Shown here: in pieces, positions 1 to 9,477 of the stretch | Layout of the letters: each line of letters opens with the position of its first letter | Position numbering within the stretch: position 1 is the first letter of the stretch | Translations under genes and position numbers: made by a program | Notes under the pieces: generated by a model | The model's input: only the letters and a program-made list of their open reading frames with translations | What the model was told of the DNA's origin: nothing | Database searches by the model: none | Virus record (IMG/VR): IMGVR_UViG_3300025099_000012 | Span: 18,300 to 82,299 of that record | Direction: 5' to 3' (one strand) | Origin: a virus | Length of the DNA: 64,000 nt

Positions 1-151
1 CGTACGACATACGACCTTCTGGAGTATCTGGATATCCAGCTTTTGTTGCCGCAGCAGTAAAAGTCCCTTTTGTTCCACCCTTTTTGCCGTGAGACATTTT
101 TTTAAATGCCGTGGCTAACCCTTTTGCTTGCTTGCGAGTTTCCTTTGACAT
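1..151 (-). CDS. Small basic hypothetical protein (partial, runs off window)
   Basis: ATG at 151-149 overlaps the stop of the upstream ORF; reads MSKETRKQAKGLATAFKKMSHGKKGG... Confidence 0.6.
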   Translation of the reverse strand, partial: MSKETRKQAKGLATAFKKMSHGKKGGTKGTFTAAATKAGYPDTPEGRMSY

Positions 152-405
152 TACGAGCGATGCTTTGCGGCTTCATCTGCAACATCCTTAGGCTGCTTGC
201 TGTACTGTTCTCCCTTTCGAATAGACGCACGTTTCTTAGCATTTGACCTAGCCTTTTGACTATTAGTTAATGCTTCTCTAGCTCCTTTAGGACGATAACG
301 TTCACCCGTTGCATCCTTTCCTTGAGTACTATTTTTACCTGAGTCTGTACCCCAATCTTCTTTAGTCCAACTATCTAGAGAATTTTGTGATTTTGCTTTA
401 GCCAT
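151..405 (-). CDS. Small basic protein resembling the C-terminal half of DUF5872-like proteins
   Basis: SLDSWTKEDW...GERYRPKGAREAL motif; start MAKAK at 405 avoids overlap with the upstream gene. Confidence 0.55.
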   Translation of the reverse strand: MAKAKSQNSLDSWTKEDWGTDSGKNSTQGKDATGERYRPKGAREALTNSQKARSNAKKRASIRKGEQYSKQPKDVADEAAKHRS

Positions 406-407
406 TG

Positions 408-785
408 TTAAAATGCCCATGGTGGTACACGCACATCACCAGACATTGTGGTTCCTTCTATGAATCCTTCGCGTAAACTTTTTCCTGTAGTTTCTTTAGC
501 GATTACATCGCCTAAACCTAACAAAGGATGAGCTGCTCTTATTGCTGTATCAACTCCAGATTCACCGGTAAATGGTTTCTTTTGTATGAGATGTTTTCTA
601 ATTAGATCAGCGGCACCTATAACTGCAGATCCTAATGGACTGCCAGAAATAATCTTTGGAATTTGTAAGGCTTGAGTAGCCATACGAATACCCGATCCTT
701 TAGCTTTGCCGAAAAGGATGTCAGCGTTTTCAGCTGCATTTTTAGCGTAGTTATACTTATACCCGGTCTTTGAGAAAGGAGTCAT
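408..785 (-). CDS. Hypothetical late protein with Gly/Ala-rich hydrophobic segments
   Basis: 125-aa ORF packed between neighbours. Confidence 0.6.
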   Translation of the reverse strand: MTPFSKTGYKYNYAKNAAENADILFGKAKGSGIRMATQALQIPKIISGSPLGSAVIGAADLIRKHLIQKKPFTGESGVDTAIRAAHPLLGLGDVIAKETTGKSLREGFIEGTTMSGDVRVPPWAF

Positions 786-964
786 GACTTATACCCACCG
801 CCTTTAGCTTTATATTGTTTGGCTAACATCTGTGCTTTACGGGCAGACCACTGACCAGGCTTTCCGCCCTTACCGCTTGCTTTAATTTGAGCGAATAGTT
901 TCCTACGCATACCTGGCATTGTGTAATTGCCAGCCTCATTGACTTTAGATTTTTTTTCAGCCAT
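782..964 (-). CDS. Small basic protein resembling the N-terminal half of DUF5872-like proteins
   Basis: YT.PG.R...KGGKPGQWSARKAQMLAKQYKAKGGGY motif. Confidence 0.6.
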   Translation of the reverse strand: MAEKKSKVNEAGNYTMPGMRRKLFAQIKASGKGGKPGQWSARKAQMLAKQYKAKGGGYKS

Positions 965-1484
965 CAGTTTGATCTACCATGTATTCATCTGACCCTTCTT
1001 TATTATATTCTTTTTTAGGCATACATTCATCAGTAATCGGGCCTCCATGAACCCAAGCATCACAGGTACGATCCCCTGCACATTTAAATTTAAATAGCTG
1101 ACAATAACCAATGTTTGCTTTCACGATGACCTTACGTGGGTCTACATATGGCTCTTCATCTGTGCCAATACCTTTGCCAATACAGCACATGATTTTCCAT
1201 GTCTGATCAAATGCAGCGCAGTTGCCACAACGTGTGGACTTTGCTTCTTCTATAGATGTATGAAAGATGTCTGCTTTTTTCTCCCAGAACTCATCGTTAG
1301 GGAAATCAGGATTCATAGGACCATAACCGAAATTATCAATTGTCCAATCCCTATTCTTCGTATTTTCGTGAATATCTTGAGTTGCTTTTGGGCAGCAAGA
1401 TTGATGATATGTGACGTGTTTACCTAAGTTGGCTTGGGCCTTGCGTCCTTGATAATCCATTACCATTTCACCTTGTGTGACCAA
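957..1484 (-). CDS. Cys-rich protein, possible HiPIP-like Fe-S or Zn domain
   Basis: RCGNC...GYC...C....TCDAW pattern; true start may be MDYQ at 1460. Confidence 0.55.
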   Translation of the reverse strand: MVTQGEMVMDYQGRKAQANLGKHVTYHQSCCPKATQDIHENTKNRDWTIDNFGYGPMNPDFPNDEFWEKKADIFHTSIEEAKSTRCGNCAAFDQTWKIMCCIGKGIGTDEEPYVDPRKVIVKANIGYCQLFKFKCAGDRTCDAWVHGGPITDECMPKKEYNKEGSDEYMVDQTDG

Positions 1485-1768
1485 TAACGTGCGCTAAAAA
1501 TATCTGGCTTACTATCTTGTGCATTATGCCTAGCGTAGTAAGACTTCTTACGAGCTTTATCTTTTGCAGACTTAGGATTTTTACCAGCACCGGTCACGCC
1601 TTGCTGACCAAAACGGATGATTTTCTCTTTACCTTCTTTACAGGCTTTTACAACGTGAGATTTTGTTGCGTGGCCTTTTGTACGCATTGGTTTATTGCAC
1701 TTAAGTTTATCTTTGTCTAAGTGAGACTTAGCTTTTGATTTAGCTTTAGCACGAGCAGATGTTGCCAT
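1460..1768 (-). CDS. Small basic conserved phage protein
   Basis: KIIRFGQQG...RKKSYYARH...SARYWSHKVKW; late-type TAAAATA upstream. Confidence 0.65.
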   Translation of the reverse strand: MATSARAKAKSKAKSHLDKDKLKCNKPMRTKGHATKSHVVKACKEGKEKIIRFGQQGVTGAGKNPKSAKDKARKKSYYARHNAQDSKPDIFSARYWSHKVKW

Positions 1769-1789
1769 GTTATCTACATTATCCCTCTA

Positions 1790-1927
1790 TTATTTTAACG
1801 GTTCTAAAGGATCTGATTTACCATCAACGATTGCACAAGCACGTTTATAAAAGAAATTATCTGTAGTACCTTTCTCTTCCATAGCTTCCTTAATTTTTAG
1901 CCAATTGGCTTTTTCTTCGTCACTCAT
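1790..1927 (-). CDS. 45-aa cyanophage hypothetical protein (not in ORF track)
   Basis: Manually translated MSDEEKANWLKIKEAMEEKGTTDNFFYKRACAIVDGKSDPLEPLK; ATGA overlap with 1924..2196. Confidence 0.6.
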   Translation of the reverse strand: MSDEEKANWLKIKEAMEEKGTTDNFFYKRACAIVDGKSDPLEPLK

Positions 1928-2196
1928 TGGTTAGCTGCAATGTGATCCATCTCTGCGTGCATCAGGTCACTAAGATTTGACACCTGTGCACAGCAGCTCA
2001 TAATTAATCCACGTTGATTAGGAGTGAGATTGTCTGCATCAATGGCATCTTCTGATAGCACTATTGCTACATCTCCTAATGCCATGATGATTGCAGGCAT
2101 TCCCCATTTTTCAACCAAACCAGACATAACAGATAAAAGAGGATTATCTCCACTTTCAACTGATTTCCAGAATTGTTTGCGTTCTTCCGCTGTCAT
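1924..2196 (-). CDS. Hypothetical protein
   Basis: 90-aa ORF with TACAATAG motif upstream. Confidence 0.65.
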   Translation of the reverse strand: MTAEERKQFWKSVESGDNPLLSVMSGLVEKWGMPAIIMALGDVAIVLSEDAIDADNLTPNQRGLIMSCCAQVSNLSDLMHAEMDHIAANQ

Positions 2197-2216
2197 AATT
2201 ATAGCCCTAAGTATTA

Positions 2217-2233
2217 CTATTGTAGATAGAATA
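2217..2233. promoter_or_regulatory. Back-to-back divergent late-type -10 boxes (TACAATAG minus; TAGAATA plus)
   Basis: Same motif recurs about 20-35 nt upstream of many late genes. Confidence 0.55.
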
Positions 2234-2255
2234 CCTGAAGAGACATGTAGACATT

Positions 2256-3005
2256 ATGGCACAGATATCCGTAGAAGGTTTCAAGAATTTTTTTAAATAT
2301 TACGTAGAGGAATCACATCAACAATTAGGTATTGAAAAGCTATATCAATTAATTCCATTGGATGCGCTTGATGATAACTCTGAGTGGATGCTTCAGTATC
2401 GTAATCAGTTGAAAGATCAAACAAACAAAATCACGCAACAACCAATTACCAAGGTCCAAATGGGACTCATCATGAATTGCAGTCCTGAAAGTCTGCCTGA
2501 CTCACTGATGGCCGACTTTGCACGATGCGTAGATCTATATCAAATGGATCGCATTAGCATTGCATATTTCCTAGGACAATGTGGACATGAATCAGCTGGA
2601 CTTAGGTATCCTGTCGAAATTGCCTCAGGAATAAATTACGAAAACAGGGGAGACTTAGGCAATATTTATCCTGGTGATGGTGTCAAATTCGCGGGTACTG
2701 GCTGGATCCAAGTGACTGGGCGCTATTGGCATCAGCAATACTCAGACTATCTTCAGAAGAATGGAACATTTGATGAGAAGATTATGGAGGTAGGAAAGAC
2801 ACATACAAGTGAAAAGTATCCGTGGTCAATAAGCGGATACTGGTGGTATGCAAATAATATGAATGATTTCTGCAAAATAAAACCACCCGTCGATCAAGTA
2901 GGTCAACGAGTGAATGGTAAGTATTTGCCTAATGGGTATGAAGACAGACGTCTGTATTCTAAAAAAGCTTTTGAAGTATTAGGTCTACCGTATCCTGGTA
3001 ATTAA
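2256..3005 (+). CDS. Endolysin, glycoside hydrolase family 19
   Basis: FLGQCGHESAG, LGN...GDGVKFAGTGWIQVTGR, VNG...NGYEDR motifs. Confidence 0.85.
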   Translation: MAQISVEGFKNFFKYYVEESHQQLGIEKLYQLIPLDALDDNSEWMLQYRNQLKDQTNKITQQPITKVQMGLIMNCSPESLPDSLMADFARCVDLYQMDRISIAYFLGQCGHESAGLRYPVEIASGINYENRGDLGNIYPGDGVKFAGTGWIQVTGRYWHQQYSDYLQKNGTFDEKIMEVGKTHTSEKYPWSISGYWWYANNMNDFCKIKPPVDQVGQRVNGKYLPNGYEDRRLYSKKAFEVLGLPYPGN

Positions 3006-3511
3006 TCAAAGCTGATTAAACTATCAATGACACTATCTGATGTTACGCCTTCAGGTGTTGGCTCAGGTGTTGGCTCAGGTGTTGGTGCAGGTGGTTCCCA
3101 CTGAGAATAAGCAGCGGATGTAATATATGCAGCTAGCTCATCAGTCGTTGTTGTTGCACTGATGGCTTCACAGTAAGTACGAATCTCACCACGACGATCA
3201 AGCACATCTTGAGGAACTGCTACTTCAGTTTCTTGCTTACGAATAACATACCAATCACTAGGAGCAAGCAATGTATATGCTGTTTGATTGGTGTTATCAA
3301 TCCAAAGAGTAACTAGACCTTCGTGATCTTTTGGAAGATCTGGACCCCAGTAGAAACGTTGGTCGTACCAAGGTGCATCAGGAACTTCTGTAATTCCAAT
3401 TGCTGTTTTCTCTTCATATGAAGACAACCTCAGCCAATTGGCTGGATACTGAATACCTGCATGTGTGAATGCACGATCGTAAGATAGTGGGCGTCCGTCT
3501 AAGATAAGCAT
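3002..3511 (-). CDS. Putative tail-fibre assembly chaperone with Pro-Glu-Pro-Thr tail
   Basis: QYPANWL, LLAPSDWYVIRK motifs; directly downstream of tail fibre. Confidence 0.6.
   Translation of the reverse strand: MLILDGRPLSYDRAFTHAGIQYPANWLRLSSYEEKTAIGITEVPDAPWYDQRFYWGPDLPKDHEGLVTLWIDNTNQTAYTLLAPSDWYVIRKQETEVAVPQDVLDRRGEIRTYCEAISATTTTDELAAYITSAAYSQWEPPAPTPEPTPEPTPEGVTSDSVIDSLISFD
3051..3085. repeat. 12-nt tandem repeat x3 (TCAGGTGTTGGC) encoding PTPE
   Basis: Read directly from sequence. Confidence 0.85.
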
Positions 3512-3561
3512 GACAATTTCTCTGATGTTACTATTTTAGCTTTTTAAAATTGATTAGTTAA

Positions 3562-5637
3562 TCAACGCCCACGTGCAGTTTTAAAGGGATGCTCAGCTAC
3601 GGCGTAATATACATAAGTGACACCAGATTGGTTAAACCTAGCATTAGTATTTCTCACCTTAAATCCATTTGAAAGAATGTCAGTATTGTATGCACTGTTA
3701 GTAAATTCTTCTTGGCTTGTATTAGCCTTGATAAGAAGGCTGCTTACATTAAAGGCTGCTCGTGCTGTGTCAAGGATGACCCAATCTTCACCAGAAATGC
3801 TAGATGCTTTTAATAAAATAAATGCGGGACGAAAATTTGTATTTACAAAAACGCCGTCGCTCGATCCATTGCCGATGTACGAACCCACTGCTGAATATGA
3901 ATTTACGGGGGCGATGCAGTAATTAATAAATGTCATACCATTGTCCATATAATGACCATGGTAAAGGCTAAAAGTAGTGCTATTTACCGAATAGTAATCA
4001 GTAGCAGATGCCCCAGTTACTGCAGCACTTGTATCATCTAAAACAAGTTTTATAATGGCACCTGTGGCATTAGTATGAGTCAACCAGCTGCCAGTGCCGT
4101 CTCTTCTTTTTGTAATCACTAATGAAGGTGTGGTGTTAAGTCCATGTCCAATACTTTGCATTCCATAAGAACCGCCAGCCGTAAATGAAACAATCGAGAA
4201 CCCAGCACTTGGGTTGGCTCTTACGCTTGAAGCAATGCTGCCGTCGTTGTTAGTTACCGTCGATGTTCCGGCGTCCCACGCCCAACCAACGTATGACTGC
4301 CCAGAAGCATTTGTCTGATTAGCTGACCCTGTTAACGTAAAACCATTAGAGTCAAAAGACCCAATTGCAGGATCATTGGTCTTTTCAGCACCAGTATTGC
4401 TTGATTCCAGTGCTTTTGTAACACCTCTTATTTCATCAAATAAAGCATGTGCATTGGCGTCATTACGTCGTTTCAACCATAAAAAATCTGGCGAGAATCC
4501 AAGCCCCGTTTGTGCATTAGTTCCACTATTGCCCGTATATAACTTCGTATCAAAATACTGACTGCCATCCGCAATCGTTGGGGTCGGTAAGTTTGCGGTG
4601 CATACGGCCTTGTGTCCAGTGTTTGGAGTGCCGCTGAATGGTCGCTGTCCAAAATTATATGAGCCTGCAGCACTTGTAAAATTCGCTGCTGTCCCATCCC
4701 AGTTATAACCAGTCGTACCAATTTCGTAATACCATTGGCCAGATCCTGGAATAATTGTTGGCAGATCACTGCTGCCACTCGCATCTAGATTCCCATTCGT
4801 CAACGTAGAATGACCAGCGTGCAATGGGTTTAACGTTGCAAAATTGTTAGTTGGGGTGTCAGTTAAGCTGTCGTTGCCTACACCTGCAGTAATACTAAGA
4901 TTGTTAGGAGTAAAATTGTTGCTATTTCCAGAAGTATCTTTTCCTAATGTTGTTGCAGTTGCAGCGCTGTTATCTGCAAACAAAAGTCTAAAACCATTTG
5001 TTCCGAACGTTAGGCTAGCAGTATCAATAGCTTGCCACACACCGTTATCGTCAGTCTCACCAAAATCTGTGGGTGCTAATGCTTGACCATCGATGAAGTG
5101 GGTATCAGCTAAGTAAAAACTACTGTAACTATATGCAGGACTATATGCAAATGTATGAGGGACCGTACTGTTGACTAAACTGTCAAGATTTTGACTTGGA
5201 TAGGTTGACGTACTAAAATTAGTATGTTGAACACCATTGACATAAATTTTAATTCGGTCTGCACTAGTAGATTGCGTCGAATCAAATGATACTAAAAAAT
5301 GATACCAAGCAGAAGGGTCTCTGAATAATGCTGTAGTTTTTACTCGCCATACCCAAGATCCTGTATATGATTGCACCCACAATTCACCATCATTAATTCT
5401 AATAGAAAAATCGTTTGATCCGCTTGTGCCTCCATTAAATATATTAGCTTCTGTATCATCTACGATTTTTACCCAACCACTCCATGTCCACGTCTTGCGA
5501 TTACCTGCAGAACTTGGGGTTCTATTTAAGTACGCAGAATCTCCTGAGTTAAACCTAAGACTACGTGCGATCTCGTAGACACCAGCGCCTCCTTGTCCAG
5601 AGGCACCAGCAAGTATATTACTTCCTACAAAACTCAT
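3562..5637 (-). CDS. Tail fibre/receptor-binding protein with LamG/concanavalin-like domain
   Basis: RSLRFNSGDSAYLNRTP, WTWSGWVK, FRDPSAWYH, GFSPDFLWLKRR motifs typical of cyanophage fibres. Confidence 0.8.
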   Translation of the reverse strand: MSFVGSNILAGASGQGGAGVYEIARSLRFNSGDSAYLNRTPSSAGNRKTWTWSGWVKIVDDTEANIFNGGTSGSNDFSIRINDGELWVQSYTGSWVWRVKTTALFRDPSAWYHFLVSFDSTQSTSADRIKIYVNGVQHTNFSTSTYPSQNLDSLVNSTVPHTFAYSPAYSYSSFYLADTHFIDGQALAPTDFGETDDNGVWQAIDTASLTFGTNGFRLLFADNSAATATTLGKDTSGNSNNFTPNNLSITAGVGNDSLTDTPTNNFATLNPLHAGHSTLTNGNLDASGSSDLPTIIPGSGQWYYEIGTTGYNWDGTAANFTSAAGSYNFGQRPFSGTPNTGHKAVCTANLPTPTIADGSQYFDTKLYTGNSGTNAQTGLGFSPDFLWLKRRNDANAHALFDEIRGVTKALESSNTGAEKTNDPAIGSFDSNGFTLTGSANQTNASGQSYVGWAWDAGTSTVTNNDGSIASSVRANPSAGFSIVSFTAGGSYGMQSIGHGLNTTPSLVITKRRDGTGSWLTHTNATGAIIKLVLDDTSAAVTGASATDYYSVNSTTFSLYHGHYMDNGMTFINYCIAPVNSYSAVGSYIGNGSSDGVFVNTNFRPAFILLKASSISGEDWVILDTARAAFNVSSLLIKANTSQEEFTNSAYNTDILSNGFKVRNTNARFNQSGVTYVYYAVAEHPFKTARGR

Positions 5638-6074
5638 GAGTAATTAAGGGTAGCGACGGCTTGAATAGATGTAGAGCTACGAACGATGTAATCAATACGA
5701 TCTGTCTCATTAGCTCCAGTTGAAAGTGTGGGTGCGCTTCCGCCTATCCAATCCCAATAAGAACCCCACGCGGCTGTACGACTGCCTGTCCCATCCTGTG
5801 TAATAAAAATCGAACCTGATTGACCAGCAGTAATGTTTGTTGGATTTGCAATTGTACGATTGCCACCAAGAACTACGACGTAATTATTCGAGTCGTTTAA
5901 GTTGGGAGTAATTGTTGCTCCGTCCGTCAATGTTGTAATTTCTGCACGCTGTCCAGCTGTCCATGTGTTTGCAGTTGACAGTGACACACCTGAAATAGTA
6001 GAAACAGATAGCTCTACATCACTACCACTATTGTCATAAACTAAGGTATCAACTTTAATTTTCCCGTAAGCCAT
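5634..6074 (-). CDS. Tail fibre-associated protein
   Basis: GQSGSIFITQDGTGSRT...APTLST...DRIDY motif. Confidence 0.65.
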   Translation of the reverse strand: MAYGKIKVDTLVYDNSGSDVELSVSTISGVSLSTANTWTAGQRAEITTLTDGATITPNLNDSNNYVVVLGGNRTIANPTNITAGQSGSIFITQDGTGSRTAAWGSYWDWIGGSAPTLSTGANETDRIDYIVRSSTSIQAVATLNYS

Positions 6075-6145
6075 AATTAACCACTAGGCATCATATCTCT
6101 AAACCTATTGTAGTAGATATAGTTTGCAATATAGTTTAGGTGAAA

Positions 6146-6415
6146 TTACAGAATACGGAAGGTCGAACTTGATGGAACTGTTACTACAACACCTGAATCA
6201 ATTGCGAGATCACCTACAGCGCCTGTGTTGGTATTAGCAGCGATGACCTTATTAATAGTAAGTACTGTTGGTGTCTCAAGGAATTGACCTTCAGTTCCTA
6301 CTGTTGATGTTCCAAGTGTTTTCCACTTTTCTCCATCATATGTATAGCGAATTCCGTTTCCAGCAACGAAAAGATCACCTGCACTTGGATTATTAGGAAA
6401 CTGAATGGCGGCCAT
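6146..6415 (-). CDS. Small tail-associated protein
   Basis: IQFPNNPSAGD...YTYDGEKW fibre N-terminal-type motif. Confidence 0.6.
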   Translation of the reverse strand: MAAIQFPNNPSAGDLFVAGNGIRYTYDGEKWKTLGTSTVGTEGQFLETPTVLTINKVIAANTNTGAVGDLAIDSGVVVTVPSSSTFRIL

Positions 6416-6474
6416 TATTGCACTCCCTGCAGGTCGATGACTTCATCAATGTATCTTTAGTATATCGAAATTTC

Positions 6475-6672
6475 TTACTCCCCTATATCTTTCGAGTCAC
6501 TATCTTCTGTGATTTGAACGCTTGCCGAAACTTTATCATCCTCAAACTCAATAGTATCTAGCAAGCTTTGTACAAGATTGACACTGAAAGCTAGAAGGGT
6601 GTTGTCACCACTTGCTCTAGCGGCGCCGAATGAATTAATAGCAGATATTAAATCTGTTTTTTTGCAAGGCAT
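6475..6672 (-). CDS. Hypothetical protein
   Basis: 65-aa ORF in tail module. Confidence 0.55.
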   Translation of the reverse strand: MPCKKTDLISAINSFGAARASGDNTLLAFSVNLVQSLLDTIEFEDDKVSASVQITEDSDSKDIGE

Positions 6673-6714
6673 TTATATTATTCAACTATTGTGATTCTAC
6701 CCTATTTGCTTTGA

Positions 6715-9159
6715 TTAGACTGCAGCGACTGTCAGACTTCCTGCGTTACTAACAGTGATCCGATAGCGCGTACTATTTGGGGATCTGATAATAATTCCAG
6801 CACCATCCCCATGGATTTCCAGCTTGTCCCCTGGTGTGGTCGTACCAATACCAAGGTTGCCTGACGTATCCCAGTTCGGACCACCAGTACTTAAGTAGTC
6901 TGGCGTCACAGATCCAACAGGGATGCCACCATTCCAACTGGGATTCCCCTCTACCCATTGGCTTGAGTCTGTATCTACGTAATAGATGTACGTTCTTCCT
7001 TCATCTGAGTCATACCATTGATCGCCTTCATTCGCTGATGACGGTGCAGAGGTGCCTACAAATGTTTGGCGGCTACCAACTGTTATCCAACTTCCGTCAG
7101 CTCGTAAGAATTTCTGTGTTCCCCCACCGGACGAGGGTACTAGTCCTTTCTCGCTTGAGGTGAATGTAGGCAACGCAACGCCAGTACCTGTACTAGATGT
7201 AATCGTAGAAGTACTAGAGGTAAACCCTAGATTAGTTGCGGTTCCAGGTGGAGTGGCCCACGTGCCGTCTGCTCGTAGATAATTTGTAGTACCACCACCA
7301 GAAGCGCCAGTTAGTCCAGCAACGCTACTACTGAACAAAGGAAGTGTGGCATCTGTTCCAGTATCTGATTGAACCGTACGAGTAGAAGTGTTGTAAGAAA
7401 GGTTTGTTACTCCAGTAAAGGAAGCACTGGTATTAATAGTGATATCAGCTGAGCCGTCAAAACTTGCTGAACCTGTCAAGTCTCCTGTAAGTGATATCGT
7501 TCTTGCTGTTTCAAGTGTTGTTGCTGTTGACGCATTTCCAATTAATGCAGCAGTGATATTACGAGCTATAAAATCCCCCGACGCATCACGTGAAACAATT
7601 GCACTAGCAGAGTTTAAGTTCGTCGCTGTTGTTGCAGAGTTTGCAACCTTACCTGCTGTTGTAAGTGTTGCAAGATACGTATCTACAATCTGTGTTCCTT
7701 GCCAAACACCTGTACTAATTGTTCCTAGTCCAGTCAAGCTAGACCCAGTAACTCCACTTCCTAGAGACGAAGTGCTTAATACTTCTGTACCATTTATATA
7801 AAATGCTTTGCCAGATACCAAATTGAAGTGCTCACTCGATGTCCACGCATCTGTACTATCCACCCATAGCAAGGTTTTGTCCGTAGTACCTTTTAACGTA
7901 ATTCCACCATTATTTGCAGTTACATCCGTTGGTGAGCTGACCACACCTAATTGAATATTTCCGTCCTTGATGGTGACGATGTTTGCATCAAGCGATACTG
8001 TTGAACCTGTTACAGTCAAGTTACCTGCAACATTTACATTGGCATCAAATGTACTTATACCAGTGACATCTAAGGTTCCAGGTATATCTATATTTGATGA
8101 CCACTCGACACCAGTGCCTCCTGCATCTGTTTGCAGCAACTGATTTGAGCTTCCATCAGCTAGTTTACTAACAGCAATTTCAGCCGATCCACTAATATCT
8201 GCGTTGACAATACTACCATCAATAATATTGCTGGAGTTAACGGTGACATTACTTGGCAAGGCACCTGCAGCAATGTCAGTTGTGGCTACACCTCCCGCAA
8301 TTCCAGAGGAAGTAATTGTTATACCAGCAGGGAGTGCGCCAGTTCCAAGCTTGGTTAATGTTATAGCCGCTGTTGAACTTATGTCTGCATCGGCAATTGT
8401 CCCATCAACAATATTTGCACTAGCCACTGTAATTCCAGTAGGCAGAGCACCTGTGGCTAACTTTGATAAACCAATTGCAGCACTGCTATTAATATCTGAG
8501 TTTTGAATGGTGCCATCAGCGATCATCGCTCCTGTGATTGTTCCTGAATCACCAGTGCTCACCAAAGTACCAGTCGTATCAGGCAGTGACAGAACTCTAT
8601 CAGCTGTTGGTTCAATAACAGTTAAACGAATCTCATGTGCGTTTGCATTAGCACCTTCAAAAACAACCTTACCGTTATTCAAATAGATGTCGGATGCGTT
8701 TAGGTTTACACCTGCATTCAGGATAAGATTTCCTGTCATCGTGTCACCGTTTGAATTCACATAACGGTCATCTAATGTTCCACTTTGATGATTTAGGTTA
8801 GATGGATCAGGAATTAAACTTGTATCGAATTTTTCTGTACTTGCATCTACCCACTGTGTAGTACTGCCGTTGTTGTAGTAATAGTACAGACGGTTGTCGT
8901 CAGTATCAAAATATAGATTCCCTGCTACTAGTCCAGAGGGTGGTGTTGAGGCAGCTTGAATAGCCGCTTCATACCCAGTAAACGATAAGTTGGCTTTTCC
9001 TGCAATGCGTACAATATTTCCGGCACTATCTTTAATGAAAATTGCGGGGTCTGATGAATTGAAGTTTACAGCAATTTCACCGTCCAGCATATTGGCAGAT
9101 GTAGGCTGCTTAGCTGCACCACTGTCTAAAACATTAGAGTGCTTTAATTGAATTTTCAT
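6715..9159 (-). CDS. Long tail fibre protein
   Basis: GEIAVN N-terminal motif, repeated IADGTIxNADI units, FLRADG and GDQWYDSD motifs. Confidence 0.8.
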   Translation of the reverse strand: MKIQLKHSNVLDSGAAKQPTSANMLDGEIAVNFNSSDPAIFIKDSAGNIVRIAGKANLSFTGYEAAIQAASTPPSGLVAGNLYFDTDDNRLYYYYNNGSTTQWVDASTEKFDTSLIPDPSNLNHQSGTLDDRYVNSNGDTMTGNLILNAGVNLNASDIYLNNGKVVFEGANANAHEIRLTVIEPTADRVLSLPDTTGTLVSTGDSGTITGAMIADGTIQNSDINSSAAIGLSKLATGALPTGITVASANIVDGTIADADISSTAAITLTKLGTGALPAGITITSSGIAGGVATTDIAAGALPSNVTVNSSNIIDGSIVNADISGSAEIAVSKLADGSSNQLLQTDAGGTGVEWSSNIDIPGTLDVTGISTFDANVNVAGNLTVTGSTVSLDANIVTIKDGNIQLGVVSSPTDVTANNGGITLKGTTDKTLLWVDSTDAWTSSEHFNLVSGKAFYINGTEVLSTSSLGSGVTGSSLTGLGTISTGVWQGTQIVDTYLATLTTAGKVANSATTATNLNSASAIVSRDASGDFIARNITAALIGNASTATTLETARTISLTGDLTGSASFDGSADITINTSASFTGVTNLSYNTSTRTVQSDTGTDATLPLFSSSVAGLTGASGGGTTNYLRADGTWATPPGTATNLGFTSSTSTITSSTGTGVALPTFTSSEKGLVPSSGGGTQKFLRADGSWITVGSRQTFVGTSAPSSANEGDQWYDSDEGRTYIYYVDTDSSQWVEGNPSWNGGIPVGSVTPDYLSTGGPNWDTSGNLGIGTTTPGDKLEIHGDGAGIIIRSPNSTRYRITVSNAGSLTVAAV

Positions 9160-9197
9160 CGATAAACGCCCTAGACTATCTTCTTGATATATCTATT

Positions 9198-9428
9198 TTA
9201 GCTATTATCCCCTGTTGTTTCTTCTTTAATCATTTGACTTAAATTTGCATGGATCTGTTCTTTCAAAATAGTTCCTAGCAAATGTTGATATGTCATGAGT
9301 AATCGTGTTGTTTCCTTCAAGCTCGTTTGCAATGATTTCACATCACTGCATGAATCAATCTCATCAGTAATTACACGTAAACTTAGCACCTTCTCTAGTG
9401 GTAATGCATAGTCTTCCGGCTTGAACAT
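9198..9428 (-). CDS. Hypothetical protein
   Basis: 76-aa helical ORF. Confidence 0.55.
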   Translation of the reverse strand: MFKPEDYALPLEKVLSLRVITDEIDSCSDVKSLQTSLKETTRLLMTYQHLLGTILKEQIHANLSQMIKEETTGDNS

Positions 9429-9477
9429 AGACTATCCCTATTTATAATCTTCCTCTTTAGATTAGCGTACTATAAAA

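Noticed and set aside
3617-8506. Plus-strand ORFs antisense to tail fibre genes (and similar shadows over capsid, terminase and internal-protein genes)
   Set aside because: Shadow ORFs caused by codon bias of the real minus-strand genes; no motifs.
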